A stretch of DNA of 64,000 nucleotides from the human T2T-CHM13v2.0 reference genome, Homo sapiens, in assembly GCF_009914755.1 (NCBI RefSeq), contig NC_060936.1, one strand, 5' to 3'. Within the stretch, counting starts at the first letter, position 1. Each line of letters starts with the position of its first letter. Below, piece by piece: positions 34,267-63,808 of the stretch. The position numbers and the translations under genes are program-made. Under the pieces are notes generated by a model. That model saw only the letters and a list, made by a program, of their open reading frames with translations, made no database searches and was not told the origin of the DNA.

Positions 34267-35186
34267 TAATCCCAGCACTTTGGGAGGCCAAGGTAGGAAG
34301 ATTACATAACACTAGGAGTTCAAGATCAGCCTGGGCAATATAGCAAGACCCGTTCTTTCCACAGAGGTGAAAAATTGGCCAGGCATGATAGTGCATGCTG
34401 TAGTCTTAACTGCTTGGGAGGCGGAGGCAGGAGGAGTGTTTGAGCCCAGGAGTTTGAGGCTGCTGTGAACTATGATTGCACCACCAATCTGGAATGTACA
34501 CTAGAATCTTTATAGTGTATATGTATTCCTCAACAATACATCGAGCTCCTGACCTTGTGATCTGCCTGCCTTGGCCTCCCAAAGTGCTGGTGCTGGGATT
34601 ACAGTCGTGAGCCACTGCGCCCCATGTGAACTTTTAAAAATACATTCCTGAGTCCTATCTATGAATTGCCTTTTGCCCATTTTTCTGTGTATTTATTTTT
34701 CCATTTTTATTGAAGTTAAATAAAATATATTATGGGTAATAATCCTTCCAGTGATATGATATGCAGATATCTTCGTTTTGTTGGTCATTTCCTTTGGCAT
34801 CATCTTTCATTTACTTTATGGTTATCTTTTGATAGATGCTCTTCATTTATTGCAGTTCAATTTCTCAATCCTTTCCTTTGTCCTGTGTTTTTCACACATT
34901 GTTTAATAAATATTTTCCCCCTCTAGTGTCTTAAAATATTTTCCTATTTTGGCTTCTAAAAGTTGTTATAATTTTGCCTTTTACATTTAGGGCTTTAATT
35001 CTCTGAAACTGTGTTTTTGTTGCTGTTGTTTCAGAACCATTTTCCCAGGAGCCATCTTTTTTTCTCCTCTGATCTGTGGTGGTGTTCCACCCCAGTCATG
35101 TTTCTGTGTATGCATAGGACTTCATTCCTGGTTTTCCTTTCTGTTTCATAGACCTACTTTTTAAAAAAACCCTATAGCTAATACTA

Positions 35187-35217
<31 letters not shown>

Positions 35218-35589
35218 ACAGAGTCTCGCAGTGTCGCCCAGGCTGGAGTGCAGTGGCGCAATCTCGGCTCACTGCAACCTCCGCCTCCCTGCAACCTCCG
35301 CCTCCCTGCAACCTCCGCCTCCCAGGTTCAAGCAATTCCCCCGCCTCAGCCTCCCGAGTAGCTGGGACTACAGGTGCATGCCACTACGCCCAGCTAATTT
35401 TTGTATTTTTAGTAGAGACAGGGTTTCACAGTGTTGGCTAGGATGGTCTCCATCTCTTGACCTCGTGATCCGCCCACCTCGGCCTCCCAAAGTGCTGGGA
35501 TTACAGGCGTGAGCCACCAGCACCCGGCCTACTAAATCTTACAAACAAGAGTGTTTGACTGTGCTTGGCCCTTTATTCCTGTATAACAC

Positions 35590-36031
35590 TTTTTATTGTT
35601 TATTTAGGTGGTTTTATAACTTTGACAATCAGTAGTTTGTTCTCATTCACATTGACTGTAGATTTTTTAAAGTGGTGACAGGTACATGAGTTACCAAGGT
35701 AGAGAGCTTGTTTGGTGAATCTTCATCCTCATTACATTTCTGGACAATGCATATGGAGACGGTATGGGACACTCCTTATTCCTTTGGCCCAGACAGCTTC
35801 CTTGAGCCTGCTGTCCATCCACACATTTGGAGTCCCCATCACCCTATGGCAAATTTCTGAATATCTTAGACAGCTTGAGGGGCATGCTTCTTGGAGCTCA
35901 CTGCATGGATGCAATTATGAATATTGATGGCAGTATTCTTAGGTCACCACCTGTGGATGGCAAAATGGCCCTTCTTCACCTCTCCTTTCTTTGCCAGCGC
36001 CATTCTGCCAGGTTCAAGTTGAAAAGAAAGA
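35590..36031 (-). pseudogene. RPL31: Processed pseudogene of ribosomal protein L31 (eL31)
   Basis: Minus strand: TOP-like 5' UTR ctttcttttcaacttg..gcagaATG (ATG at 36003); [28 protein letters not shown] vs RPL31 [28 protein letters not shown]; [10 protein letters not shown]; intronless, with stops and frameshifts and an A-rich tail. Confidence 0.95.
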
Positions 36032-36622
36032 CTGTGAGCAATTCCACAATACTTTCAGAATCAGCTGGAGATATTGATCCTTCTTATCCAAAAATAGGTT
36101 ATGTCTCTCAACTTATTTAGGTTTTCTTTAATGCAGCTCAATAAGATTTTATAATTTTATCCAAAGAAGGATTTATATGCCTTTCGTTAGGTTTATTCCT
36201 AAGCACTTGAAATTTCTTGTAAAATATGTCTGTTCTGTGTGTATTTTCCCCCAATATTTTATTATTATAAACTTTCAAATGCAAGGAAAATTTTAAAAGT
36301 ACAATGGAAGCCAGGAGTAGTGGTACACTCTTGTAATCCCAGAATTTTGGGGGGCTGAGGTGAGAGGATGACTTGAGCCCAGGAGTTGAAGCTTGTAATG
36401 AGCTATGATTGTGCCACTGCACTCCAGCCTGGGCGATGGAGCGAGACCCTGTCTTAAAAAAATAAATAAATGAAATAATAATACAATGAATTAGCTACAT
36501 GTCCTTCACTTAGACTCGATCACTGTTAATTTCATCATATTTGTCTTAACATCTGTCTTTGTGTACGTAATTTTGGGAGGCTCATTTTAACAAACTGCAA
36601 GTGGTAGAGTCATCATTTGTAA

Positions 36623-36883
<261 letters not shown>

Positions 36884-37342
36884 TAGTAGAGACAAGGTTT
36901 CACCATTTTAGCCAGGATGGTCTCAATCTCCTTACCTCGTGATCCACCCACCTCGACCTCCCAAAGTGTTGGTATTACAGGCATGAGCCACTGTGCCCAG
37001 CCTGTATTTTCTAACTAAGCATTCACAATTGCCCATTTCTTACCCTCTGCTTTGTCTTAACCAAAGCCTTCTCTTTTTCCTATGGGCCCCTGAACTCTGC
37101 TTGCCTCCAGATCTGAGCAAAAAGAAGTAGAACTTGCCCTTTATCAGCTTCTCCTGGGAGTCGGCTAATCACATCGAGCCCACTTTCCTGTCAGATCTAC
37201 TGGTCATTTCTTCTTACTTATCTAGCTTCCCCTTAAAAGAGGCTCTTATCTCTGCTTCCTCTCCCCTACCCTAAAAGGAAACTTTTTTCTGTTTGAGTTT
37301 GAGATGCTTATACATTTCTGAGTTCAGAGTGCTCTCCCTATT

Positions 37343-37679
37343 TGATATGGTTAGGCTTTGTGTCCCCACCCAAATATCATCTTGAATTGTCATCCCCGTA
37401 ATCCCCATGTGTCAATGGAGAGACCAGGTGGAGGTAATTGGATCATGGGGGTGGTTCCCCCATGCTGTTCTCATGATAATGAGTGAGTTCTCACGAGATC
37501 TCCCTTTGCTCAGCACTTCTCCTTCCTGCCTCCCTGTGAAGAGATGTCTTCTGCCATGAGTGTAAGTTTCCTGAGGCCTGCCCAGCCATGCAGAAGTGTG
37601 AGTCAATTAAACCTCTTTTCTTTATAAATTACCCAGTCTAGGGCAGTTCTTCATAGCAGTATGAGAACCGACTAATACA
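37343..37679 (+). mobile_element. THE1D/MSTA MaLR solo LTR nested in an older LTR (about 37040-38295)
   Basis: tgatatggttaggctttgtgtccccacc...gactaataca; 5-bp TSD ctatt. Confidence 0.92.
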
Positions 37680-38188
37680 CTATTACAATAGTCTTTCTCT
37701 CTAGTTAAATTATTTCCCTAGGCTGGTTGCAGTGGCTCACGCCTCTAATCCCAACACTTTGGGAGGCCAAGGCGGGTGGATCATCTGAGGCCAAGGAGTT
37801 CAAGATCAGCTTGGGCAATATGGTGAAACCCCATCTCTACCAAAAATAAAAATTAGCCAGTCTCATAACCCAGTCTCAAAAAAATAAATAAAACTTTAAA
37901 AATAGGCCGGGTGCAATGACTCACGCCTATAATCCCAGCACTTTGGGAGGTAAAGCAGGTGGCTCATCTGAGATCAGGAGTTTGAGACCAGCCTGGCCAA
38001 CATGGTGAAACCCCTTCTCTACTGAAAATACAAAAATTAGCCAGGCTTGGTGGCACGCACCTGTAGTCCCAGTTACTTGGGAGGCTGAGGCAGCAGCAGA
38101 ATCGCTTGAACCTAGGAGGCGGAGGTTATAGTGAGCTGAGATCATGCCACTACACTCCAGCCTGGGTGACAGAGCAAGACTCTATCTC

Positions 38189-38189
38189 A

Positions 38190-38233
<44 letters not shown>
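38189..38233. repeat. (AAT)n Alu-tail microsatellite
   Basis: Direct read. Confidence 0.95.
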
Positions 38234-38236
<3 letters not shown>

Positions 38237-38779
38237 TAAAATAAAATAATTTTAAAAAATGATCTCCTTAAGTCCAGATTTATTTTTATTGGACATTTCT
38301 GTGCCCCAGACCTGGAATGGGCCATTTTTCCAATGAAAAGGAAATTATTCCTTTTAGTGTGTACTGGTTTATTTTTGGTGCCAGCTGCTTCCTCTTGTTG
38401 TTTTCTTCCCCCAGCACCAATCTGGCACTGGAGTCATACCTCCCTGGAGGTTTCAAAAGCCTTTTTTTTTTTTCTTGTAAGTGTTTGCCCCTTGTATTCT
38501 TTGAATAAAAACATTATGTGGGCAGGGACCATGCTTTATTTTTTAATTGAGGACGTATATTTTATGTCTTATGTCACCGAGTGGAAATACAGCAAACTAC
38601 CTGGCCTCTCAGATTTCTGCCTTCAGTTCCATAAATCCTCTTAAACTAAGAGAGTCACCCGGTCACTTTCGGATGGGACAGATACCTCAGTTTATTCACA
38701 TTTTTCCTGACTTTTCTTAATTCCTTCTTGTGAAGTCAGAAACTGAAAAGTCTGAGATTTTCTGCTACTTGCAAGCTAA

Positions 38780-39209
<430 letters not shown>

Positions 39210-39860
39210 TGAGCCCCAATTCCCATAAGGCAACATAGGGAGGGCCAGATGGTACTTACAGGTGCTTTCAGGTGCAATACAGGAGGCGAAGTCTGAGTTT
39301 AGGAGGCTCACATTTTGCATAGGGCTGCAGGAAAATCTGCCCATCCTCCCTTCCAGAGAGAAACATTCTACACTGGAATGTGAGCAAATATTTCTGGGGA
39401 AAGATGTCTGTAAATCTCTCGGTGAAAGTTACCGTTTTGATCTTTATTTATCTAGGAATGTAAATACATTTGCTTCAGGGGAAGTCCTTGTCTTTATCTC
39501 TCCAGGGCTGCCTGCTTGCACTAGGCATTCCTAGAAAGATAATCCTGGCACACAGGAGCGAAACATGTAGGAGTGCTGAAGATTCACAGACAGTCGTCTC
39601 AATGTCTCTGAAGTTTTTTTTCCCTTAAACTTCTCCTTTTGGACATTCCCCTTCATTTTCCTTTTAAAAATCTCATCCTTTCCAACACTTTCAGTTGTAA
39701 GAATTTCCAAATCAAGCACTCAATATCAAAACAATGTGTGTGACAAACTTAAAGTGTTGAATCTGACTATGTCAGCAGAAAGCATAATTATCGATGATGT
39801 ATGGGACAGCAATCTTGAATTAAAGAAGAAGGTGGGAAAGCCCCAAATCTCTCATAAATT

Positions 39861-39892
<32 letters not shown>
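39861..39892. repeat. (ATG)n microsatellite
   Basis: Direct read. Confidence 0.95.
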
Positions 39893-39894
<2 letters not shown>

Positions 39895-40099
39895 AGCACA
39901 CCTCTGCTGGCAGGAAACAATTTATTTTAAAGATGACCTGTTACATTAGGTATTTGTATTGAATGTTACCTTATGTGTTGAAAAGGGAGTGAAGAGAGAA
40001 TATATATGTAATTTCTTGTGTATGGATAACATCGATGTAAGTACAACCAAAATACCAATGTAAGATCTGTACACCAACCTAATAACATGAGCATGATTG

Positions 40100-41208
<1,109 letters not shown>

Positions 41209-41270
41209 TGATCCGCCTGCTTTGGCCTCCCAAAGTGCGGGATTACAGGCATGAGCCACCGTGCCCGGCC

Positions 41271-46211
<4,941 letters not shown>

Positions 46212-46492
46212 AAAGTAGATTAGAGATTATCAGAGGTTGGGGAGTTATTGCTTAATAATTAGAGTTTATTTTGGGCATGTTGAAGTTTCAGAAGTAAATA
46301 GTGGTGGTGGCTGCTCAACATTGTGAATATCATTCATTAATACCACTAAGCTATACACTTAAAAAAGCCAAGATGGCAAACTTTATGTTATACATACTTT
46401 ACCACAATTTGTAAATGAATAACGAATTAGCCAAAATATATTGAAATGGGTGAATTGTATTGCATGTGAATTATATCTTGACATAGTTGTTA
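46212..46492 (+). mobile_element. L1M 3' UTR fragment
   Basis: atagtggtggtggctgctcaacattgtgaat...gggtgaattgtattgcatgtgaattatatct. Confidence 0.65.
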
Positions 46493-47694
46493 GGGACAAA
46501 AAGGGCATTCACAATTTCAACCTTGCTGAAAAGACAGAATTCTGCAGTGCTAGTAAGAAGAGTTAGGACACGGGATAAGATTGACATGCAATTATTTAGT
46601 AAGTGTATGCAAGCTTAAAATCCAAAAAATAATAAAGGAAACGCGAAGCCAGTAATTGAGGACAGAGCCACTAGTCTCCTACTTTTCATGTTTTGCTATT
46701 CAATACTTGCTACGAGAAAGACTATTTGGCTAACTTCCTAGAACTTGTAACATTGTCAGTGCCCAGCTACCTTAATATTCCAGGGAGCATTGCTGACACT
46801 GTTTTGGCTTTTGCATGATGAGTAATTATAATGCTATAAGAGAGGCAAGCCTGAGTCCTGGGATTACCCCTTTACCTCTATTTAGGTTTATCTATTCCAT
46901 TCCAGTAATAGTTACTCACCGCTATTTTAAAAAAGAAAAGAGGCTTTTTGACATCAGCTGTTGCTATTCTATATGTTATCTTCTTTCTGTAAGGGAAGGT
47001 ACCCTTATCACCATTCTGGATCTGAGCCTGAAATCTGGCCACCTTTTCTTCATTCATGCTGATAGTGAACCTGAAGCAGGAGGCTTTTTCAACACTAGCA
47101 AGTGGCAACAGCAAAATGGCAGCTCTGATGAAGACAGAGAATGGACCATTGGCAGTTAGTTTTTAGAAAATGAGTTTCTAGATTCTCAACTTCTGTCTAT
47201 GCTTTTTCTTAAAAGAGATCTTCTATCATGCTAGCTCTCAGATGTTACCCAGTCCTACTCTTCCAGCTCCCCATTTATATCCAAGCTCCTGCTACTGATA
47301 TACACCCACTATGGTGCATTGCTTATGGGAGGAGGAACCTCCAGGGCTCCAGGAAAGATACATTTCTAAATATCAGTGCTGGCCAGTGAGGAAGTGGATG
47401 ACTCTGATGATGGAGTAATGCATCTTTTGCAAGTTAGATGTTTCCCAATTCTTTGCTTTCAACAAAATTGAAAGAGAGCTGAGAAAGTTGACATACCAAA
47501 TTTCATTAAAAATCAACTTTTGATAATCAGTAACTATGTGGGTTTTGGCATATACTTCAGAAAGAGTTCAAATAATTGAATGAAATCACTATAATAAAAC
47601 CCCTTCTATTCCATTCTACCTATTTATGCTACAAGGAGTCCAATAAAAACAAATCCATACTTAGATAAAGAAAGGCCTTTTTCAAAAAGACTTA

Positions 47695-48560
<866 letters not shown>

Positions 48561-49505
48561 TGCTGAACCCTGTGCATTTTATTAAAAAGTCATGAGCATC
48601 CATACGACATCCATTTCACTAAAATAAGTATTTCCAGTAATGTTTTACTTCCATATTGGAGCACCCACTAACTCAGCTATTAGTGTTAAGTTCAGGAATG
48701 ACAGAAGGACTCATTAGATACAATTTGTTTCCATAATATAGATGCTTATTCCATGCAAACTGCTTCATTATGCAGAATCCACAATTACATTTTTGGCATC
48801 CTGATCATTTTATCTAAGGATCCAAGATCACAAGGATTTCTTAAGCAGTTGCTGTTATTTTTCAACAAAATTACTCAACTTCTTTATACTATAATGCTTG
48901 TCCTCTGTAACGCCTTGCATGCCCCTATTGGGATCTGGGCTAGTTTGATTAAGGAGGGATCTCAGTGGGATGGCAGTGTGATTTAACTATGTTGTCCCTC
49001 CCTTTCCCTCACAGGTACTAGGGAAGCTATGAAGATCAGATTTTGCTAGGCTTAGAGCTCTTGGCTTTCCTTTCCCTTCTCTTTGTCAATGCTTTCATTT
49101 CCAAAAAAGCCATAAGAAACGAACATGGGATAGTATTTCTAGCTTTTCCCTGCACTGCTTGCTTCTCTTTTTTCAACCCATTTAATCAGTTCTTAGTGAA
49201 TTAGATCAATGTTTTTTTAAATTTCACTGATAAGAGCAATTCTTGGATGGAGTCATATCAAACAACATGATGGTTAAGCAATCTTTCAGGCATCAAAATT
49301 ATTTGTTCCCTATTCATCTTCTTACAACATAAGGGTTTTTTGCCTCTACGGGGTCAGAGGTCTTCGTATCAATTGCCACTTTATTTTTAATTTAATTTTT
49401 CTTTTTCATCACTCCCAAAGCACCGGAATCAATCGCCACTTTTGATACAAACCTGGATTGATGGAAAGACTAACAAAACAACGCAGTTTCTTTTTTCTTT
49501 TCTGA

Positions 49506-49838
<333 letters not shown>

Positions 49839-50058
49839 TAGTTCAGCATCCAAGCAAGCACTGCTTTGAGCAAAAGGCCTTGCAATATCCCAGGCACAGT
49901 TTCCAAGCTTATCATTTCATGGGTCATGCTCAGTTACAAGGGATGAAGGTAAAGCAAGATGGACCACCTTGGCACTGGGAAGCTCTTCTACTATCTGCTC
50001 TTTGACTTTTTATAACTTATTAGTCATATCATTCCTCAGGGTGTGTATAACTTAATAA

Positions 50059-50337
<279 letters not shown>

Positions 50338-50830
50338 TGAGCCATCACGCCCGGCCATAAATAACATTCTTTGGGAGCAGCTGTAGCACCTCAATGAAAG
50401 GTTATACAACAAATAGCCCCAACAACCAGATACACTTCAGGTGGAAAAAGCATGGTCCACACAACATTCTACACTTACCGTAACTTAGTACATTTTGAGA
50501 ACTAATTTTGCAAGAAAGTAAATTCAGGGTCAGCTTCCCAGGTGTCCCTGGACCTGGACCAAGAGTTTCAATTCTCTGAGAATTGTTTCTCTTACAATGC
50601 TTAACAATTATTTTTTAAAAGTGTATTTACTTTTTGTGATTGTTTGTTTATTACTAATAACTGTAGTGATCATTTAATCCAGAAGAAACATTGACCACTT
50701 AGAACTTTAAGATCGGCTGGGTGCGGTGGCTCACGCCTGTAATCCCAGCACTTTGGGAGGCCGAGGCGGGCGGATCACGAGGTCAGGAGATCGAGACCAT
50801 CCTGGCGAACACTGTGAAACCCCATCTCTA

Positions 50831-51043
<213 letters not shown>

Positions 51044-51302
51044 TTAAAATAATTTCAATTCTTAGACACATTTTTGCTCAGAGAAATATGATAAGATGAT
51101 TAATAAAAGACTTTTGAACACATATTAAAATCAAATTTTGTGAGGAAAAGGAATGAAAAATTTTTCAAAGATAAAATAAATTATATAAAATGTCTGTCTA
51201 TTGAAGAAGAGTGTTATTTTCTCTCTTGTATGATGAATGATGGAATATACCAAAACCCTATGCTAATTAGATTTGGTAGATACACTTTAAGAAGTAATAT
51301 AA

Positions 51303-51584
<282 letters not shown>

Positions 51585-52019
51585 TAGGCGTGAGCCACCA
51601 CACCCGGCCAGAAAAAGTAATATAACTTCTATTTTTAAAAGTCAATATTTACATTATGCCTCAAATTATGTTCTTTGAAACAAGTTAGAAGTAGGTGAGG
51701 AAGAACATATCTTTTTGAAATTATTTTAGGTGTACTGAGAAAAAGTTAAGTTTAACAGAGAGAAGGGATGACTAAATTATGTTAAACTATGTGACTATCC
51801 GAGGGTTCTTTTAGTACTCTCTTAATCTAGCCATAGCCCTTAGATCTATCCTCACCGTAAGAAACACATGTTTTTCTCCAATTACTTTAGGGGCGACTAC
51901 TGTATGTCAAAGATCATGTCACTTGATTTTATTTATCTTTTCGTTGCAACACTATTCACAACTTGTCACTTTTGAAAAAACACAAGGTCAGTTAGGTAGA
52001 TCACATGACTATTCTTAGT

Positions 52020-53310
<1,291 letters not shown>

Positions 53311-53311
53311 C

Positions 53312-53680
53312 TGTTTTAGTCCATTCTCACACTGCTGTAAAGAACTGCCTGAGACTTGGTAGTTTAAAGGAAAGGGGTTTAATTGACTCACAGTTCCGCA
53401 GGGCTGGGGAAACCTCAGGAAACTTATAATCATGGTGGAAGGGGAAGCAAAACCTTCGTTCTTCACATGGCAGCAGCGAGGAGAAGTGCTGAGCAAAAGC
53501 GGGGAAAGCCCCTTATAAAATCATCAGATCTCATGAGAACGCACTATTATGGGAACAGCACGGGGGAAACCGCCCTCATGATTCAATTACCTCCCACAGG
53601 GTCCCTCCCATGACACGTGGGGATTATGGGAACTACAATACAAGATGAAATTTGGGTGGGGACACAGCCAAACCATATCA
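53312..53680 (-). mobile_element. THE1C/D MaLR solo LTR
   Basis: tgttttagtccattctcacactgct...gacacagccaaaccatatca; TSD ctgac/ctgat. Confidence 0.92.
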
Positions 53681-53809
53681 CTGATGAATATAATGGAGTT
53701 GAAATATCTTGTCTTTAATTTGTATGTGCACATATGTGCATGTCTGTATGCCCATGTATTTTAATCCAGCACCTCTTTATTCATGCATTAGAGTGACAGT
53801 CAGAGGTCC

Positions 53810-54412
53810 TCAATAATTGATGAGTTTTCCTTTGAGAATGAAATAAGAGAGATTTGATAACTTGATTAATTCATAGACACCACCTTAACTAAGTGATCAG
53901 AGTTAATATCACCAGTAATGAGATATATCAACATAATATAATCCCTTACATAATGCACCAAGAAGGGGGCAACATACCTGCTGTGGAATTCTTGCCAAAA
54001 ATGCATAACCTCAATCTAATTGTAAGAAAATATCAGACAAACTAAATTCAGCTACTCTCTGTAAAATAACTAATCAGCAGTCCTCAAAAGTATTAAGGTC
54101 ATGAAAGACAAAGAAAGACTGAGGAACTGTCACAGATTGGAATAGACTAAGAAGACATGATGGCTTAGAGAAATGTAAGATCCTGGATTAGACCTTGGAC
54201 CAATGAAAGAACATTAGTGGGAAAACTGGCAATATTTGAATAACGGCTGAAGAACAGTATTTAGCAATGTTAATTTCCCGGTTTTGATCATTGTACTAGG
54301 TTGCGTAAGTGTTAACACTAGAGGAAGCTGGGTAAAAGATACTACAGGAACGCTACTATTTTGGAAACTTTGAGGTAAGTCTGAAATTATTTCAAAATGA
54401 AAAGTTTTAAAA
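53810..54412 (+). mobile_element. L1ME 3' end
   Basis: gtgatcagagttaatatcaccagtaatg...gaaattatttcaaaatgaaaagtt. Confidence 0.75.
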
Positions 54413-54599
54413 AACATCAGGAATGAGGCCATTTATCTTTAGAGTAATACATTTTAAGGAATCTTTAGGGTTTCCATTTAGGATAATATTTGCCAGACCT
54501 CATGAAATTAAATCAAAATCTCTGAGGTGGGAGTGAGGCATCGGTATTATTTTTAAGCCCTTTAGGCGATCCCAATTGCAGCCAAGTTTAATAACAAGT

Positions 54600-58680
<4,081 letters not shown>

Positions 58681-58959
58681 GTTACTTTTAATGGCTAAGT
58701 ACTTTAAAATATTATCTTAAGTTACTTTTAGAATTTATAAACATTTCTCCCTCTTTTTAACCCCTTTAAGGTAAAGAGTCCCAAAGCAGCTTTAGGGAGG
58801 GAAAAAGGTCACAGTGGGACCTTGGCCTGGCCTTAACTGTCAAGACACTAAGCTGATGAGTGGCAGCTGTAAAGAGTTGTCCTGGGGACTGTGCCAGGAT
58901 ACTTTTTATATTATTTTTATCTCTATGAAAGCAATACATGTGCATAGTTTTATATGTCA

Positions 58960-59055
<96 letters not shown>

Positions 59056-59542
59056 TCAGCAACATAGCAAGACCCTCATTTCAAAAAAAAAAAAAAAAAA
59101 AAGAAATAAAATAAAATAAATGTAAAAATGAAAAAACAAAAAGTGAAGTGTGAACAATAAGAAGTGTAAATCCTGGCCGGGCATGGTGGCTCACACCTGT
59201 AATCCCAGCACTTTGGGAGGCCGAGGTAGGTGGATCACGAGGTCAGGAGTTCAAGATCAGCTTGGCCAAGATGGTGAAACCCCGCCTCTTCTAAAAATAC
59301 AAAAAATTAGCCGGGTGGGGTGGTGGGCGCCTGTAATCCCAGCTACTCGGGAGGCTGAGGCAAAGGATTGCTTGAACTCGGGAGGCAGAGGTTGCAGTGA
59401 GCTGAGATCGCGCCACTGCACTCCAGCCTGTGCGACAGAGCAAGACTCTGCCTCAAAAAAAAAAAAAAGAAATGTAAGTCCTTGGCTGTACCCCTCCCCT
59501 AACCTTGATTTCCAACTAGAGTTTAAGCCTTAAGAGGGGAGA

Positions 59543-61098
<1,556 letters not shown>

Positions 61099-61247
61099 GA
61101 TCTCCTGATTGGCTACAAGTAGACCTGCCCTTATTTGGGTATAAACCCATGGAAAGTCCCTAGTTAGAAGTTAATTGACAGTTTCTGGTTGGTTAAGTCT
61201 CTAGTTTTGTTTTACTTTTTACATTGGGCCTCAGTTTGCTTACATAG

Positions 61248-61760
<513 letters not shown>

Positions 61761-62788
61761 TTTTAGACTATATGGCACTCAACTCACGTCAACTTTTAAA
61801 TGTGGTTTCTTTCTTTTAGAGCAAATTTTGCAATGAATACATTCTTGTAAAAGCACTTAACTTTACATAAGTGTTTAAAGGAAAACACATAGATATATCC
61901 CCAACCTTCTTTTTTCTTTTTTTTTTTTTTTTGTGGCAGGGTCTTACTTTGTCACCCAGGCTAGAGTGCAGTGGTGTGATCATGGCTCACTGTAGTCTTG
62001 ACCTCCGGGTGCAAGTGATCCTCCTGCCTTAGCCTCCCGAGTAGCTGGGAGGTGCATGCCACCATGCGTGGCTAATATTTTTTGTAAAGAAGGGGTTTTG
62101 CCATGTTGCCCAGGCTGGTCTCGAACTCATGAACTAAAAGCAATCCACTCACCTCAGACTCCTAATAGTGCTAGGATTGCCTGCATGAGCCACTGCTCCC
62201 GGCCGCACCCCCCACCTTTGTACAGGGCAAAGACTTTGTTATGTATTCTTCCAGACTTTTACATTTTAGGGAGAAATTTGTGCTTCCATCGAAAACTGCA
62301 TTTTATAAATTGCATCCTTCCTGGTTATCTGATTCTATGAGAGTTACTTTATAACTCTATAGGTTTGTTAGCAATGCAAAGTAATTAATACTATATTGAT
62401 AACAAGATACAAGAATTAATGTAAAATAATTCTTATCTATATATATGACAATGGTCTGTTAGGGGGAGGCCAACCCACCTGCCCCACCCCAAGCCAGTTT
62501 GCACAATCATTTCTACATTTGTTTACTCCACATAAATTTCTTCTTCTTTGACGCCTTTGAACAGGTTATAACATCTGCCTACTTTTCTCATTTAATTAAT
62601 ACGTTAAGTAAAATCTTTAGCATTTGAGAAGATACAACTATAAATATAGCTATGATTCAGTAATTATGGGTTTCTTACATCACTGCCCATTAGTCCCCTC
62701 CAGCCACCAGACCAGACTGATTATTTATGGTTTTGCTTGCTTTGCTTTTGTTTTCTAGGTGGCTATCTCTTAGGAACCCCAGTAGTTT

Positions 62789-62790
<2 letters not shown>

Positions 62791-62819
<29 letters not shown>
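62791..62819. repeat. (AC)n microsatellite
   Basis: Direct read. Confidence 0.95.
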
Positions 62820-62822
<3 letters not shown>

Positions 62823-62932
62823 GCAAGGTCACAGTCAGATCCCTGGCACGTTAATTTGGCCATTTGCCCAGGAGCAGCTGGTAGCAATCCTTGTGTTCCA
62901 GCACTTAAATTTCTCCTCTCAGGTTAGGATCT

Positions 62933-63808
62933 CTGAGAATATAGGAAAGAAAAAAAAAAAGGAGTTTCTCCTAGTCTCTCACTAACAATCAACGTAGAAG
63001 ACTCCTGTGACCTCTGATCACCAAAATGTGTAGGGGTTTCTTCTCACCAGCAACTAATCAATCAATCCTGACCAGTTGGGTGTCTTCTAAATCAGCTCAG
63101 TTCTGACACTATCCACCTGGAGATAGCATCAGATTCCACAGGTTGAGGACTCAATTCCCGAGACTGCCCTGTTTTCCATTCAGATGCCAATTGCAAGCTC
63201 CAGGTTGTTTTACCTGTGCTTCTGACTGACCAAGCTATACATCGGGTTTCCCAAAAACCCCTCCTTGGGTTTGATGGATTTGCTACAGCAGCTCACAGAA
63301 CTCAGAAAAACACTTAACTAACCTTTACTGGTTTATTATAAAGGATATTACAAAGAATAATGATGAACACCAGATGAAGAGATGCATAGGGCATGGGGTG
63401 AGGGAAGGGGCATGGAGCTTCCAGGCCCTCTCTGAATACACCACCCTCCAAGAATCTCCATGTGTTCAGTCATCCGAAAAACCTCTGAACACTGATTTTT
63501 GGGGTTTTTATGGAGTCTTTGTTACATAAGCATGATTGATTAAACCATTGGCTACTGGTGATCAACTTAACCTTCAGCCCCTGTCCCCTCCCAGGAGGTT
63601 GAGGAGTAGGGCTAAAAGTTCGAACCAGCAAATCCTACCTTAGTCTTTCAGGTGACCAGCCCCCATCCTGAAGCCTAGAGGCTGCCAGCCGTAAGTCAAT
63701 TTATTAGCATACAAAAAGACATTTCTCACTTTGCAGATTTCACAGATTGTAGGAGTTCTTATGCCAGGAAACAGGACAAAGGCCAAATATATATTTCATA
63801 ATATCACA
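62933..63808 (-). mobile_element. MER21B/C-type LTR
   Basis: Minus strand starts tgtgatattatgaaatatatatttgg; internal ctgacactatccacctggagatagcatcagat. Confidence 0.85.
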
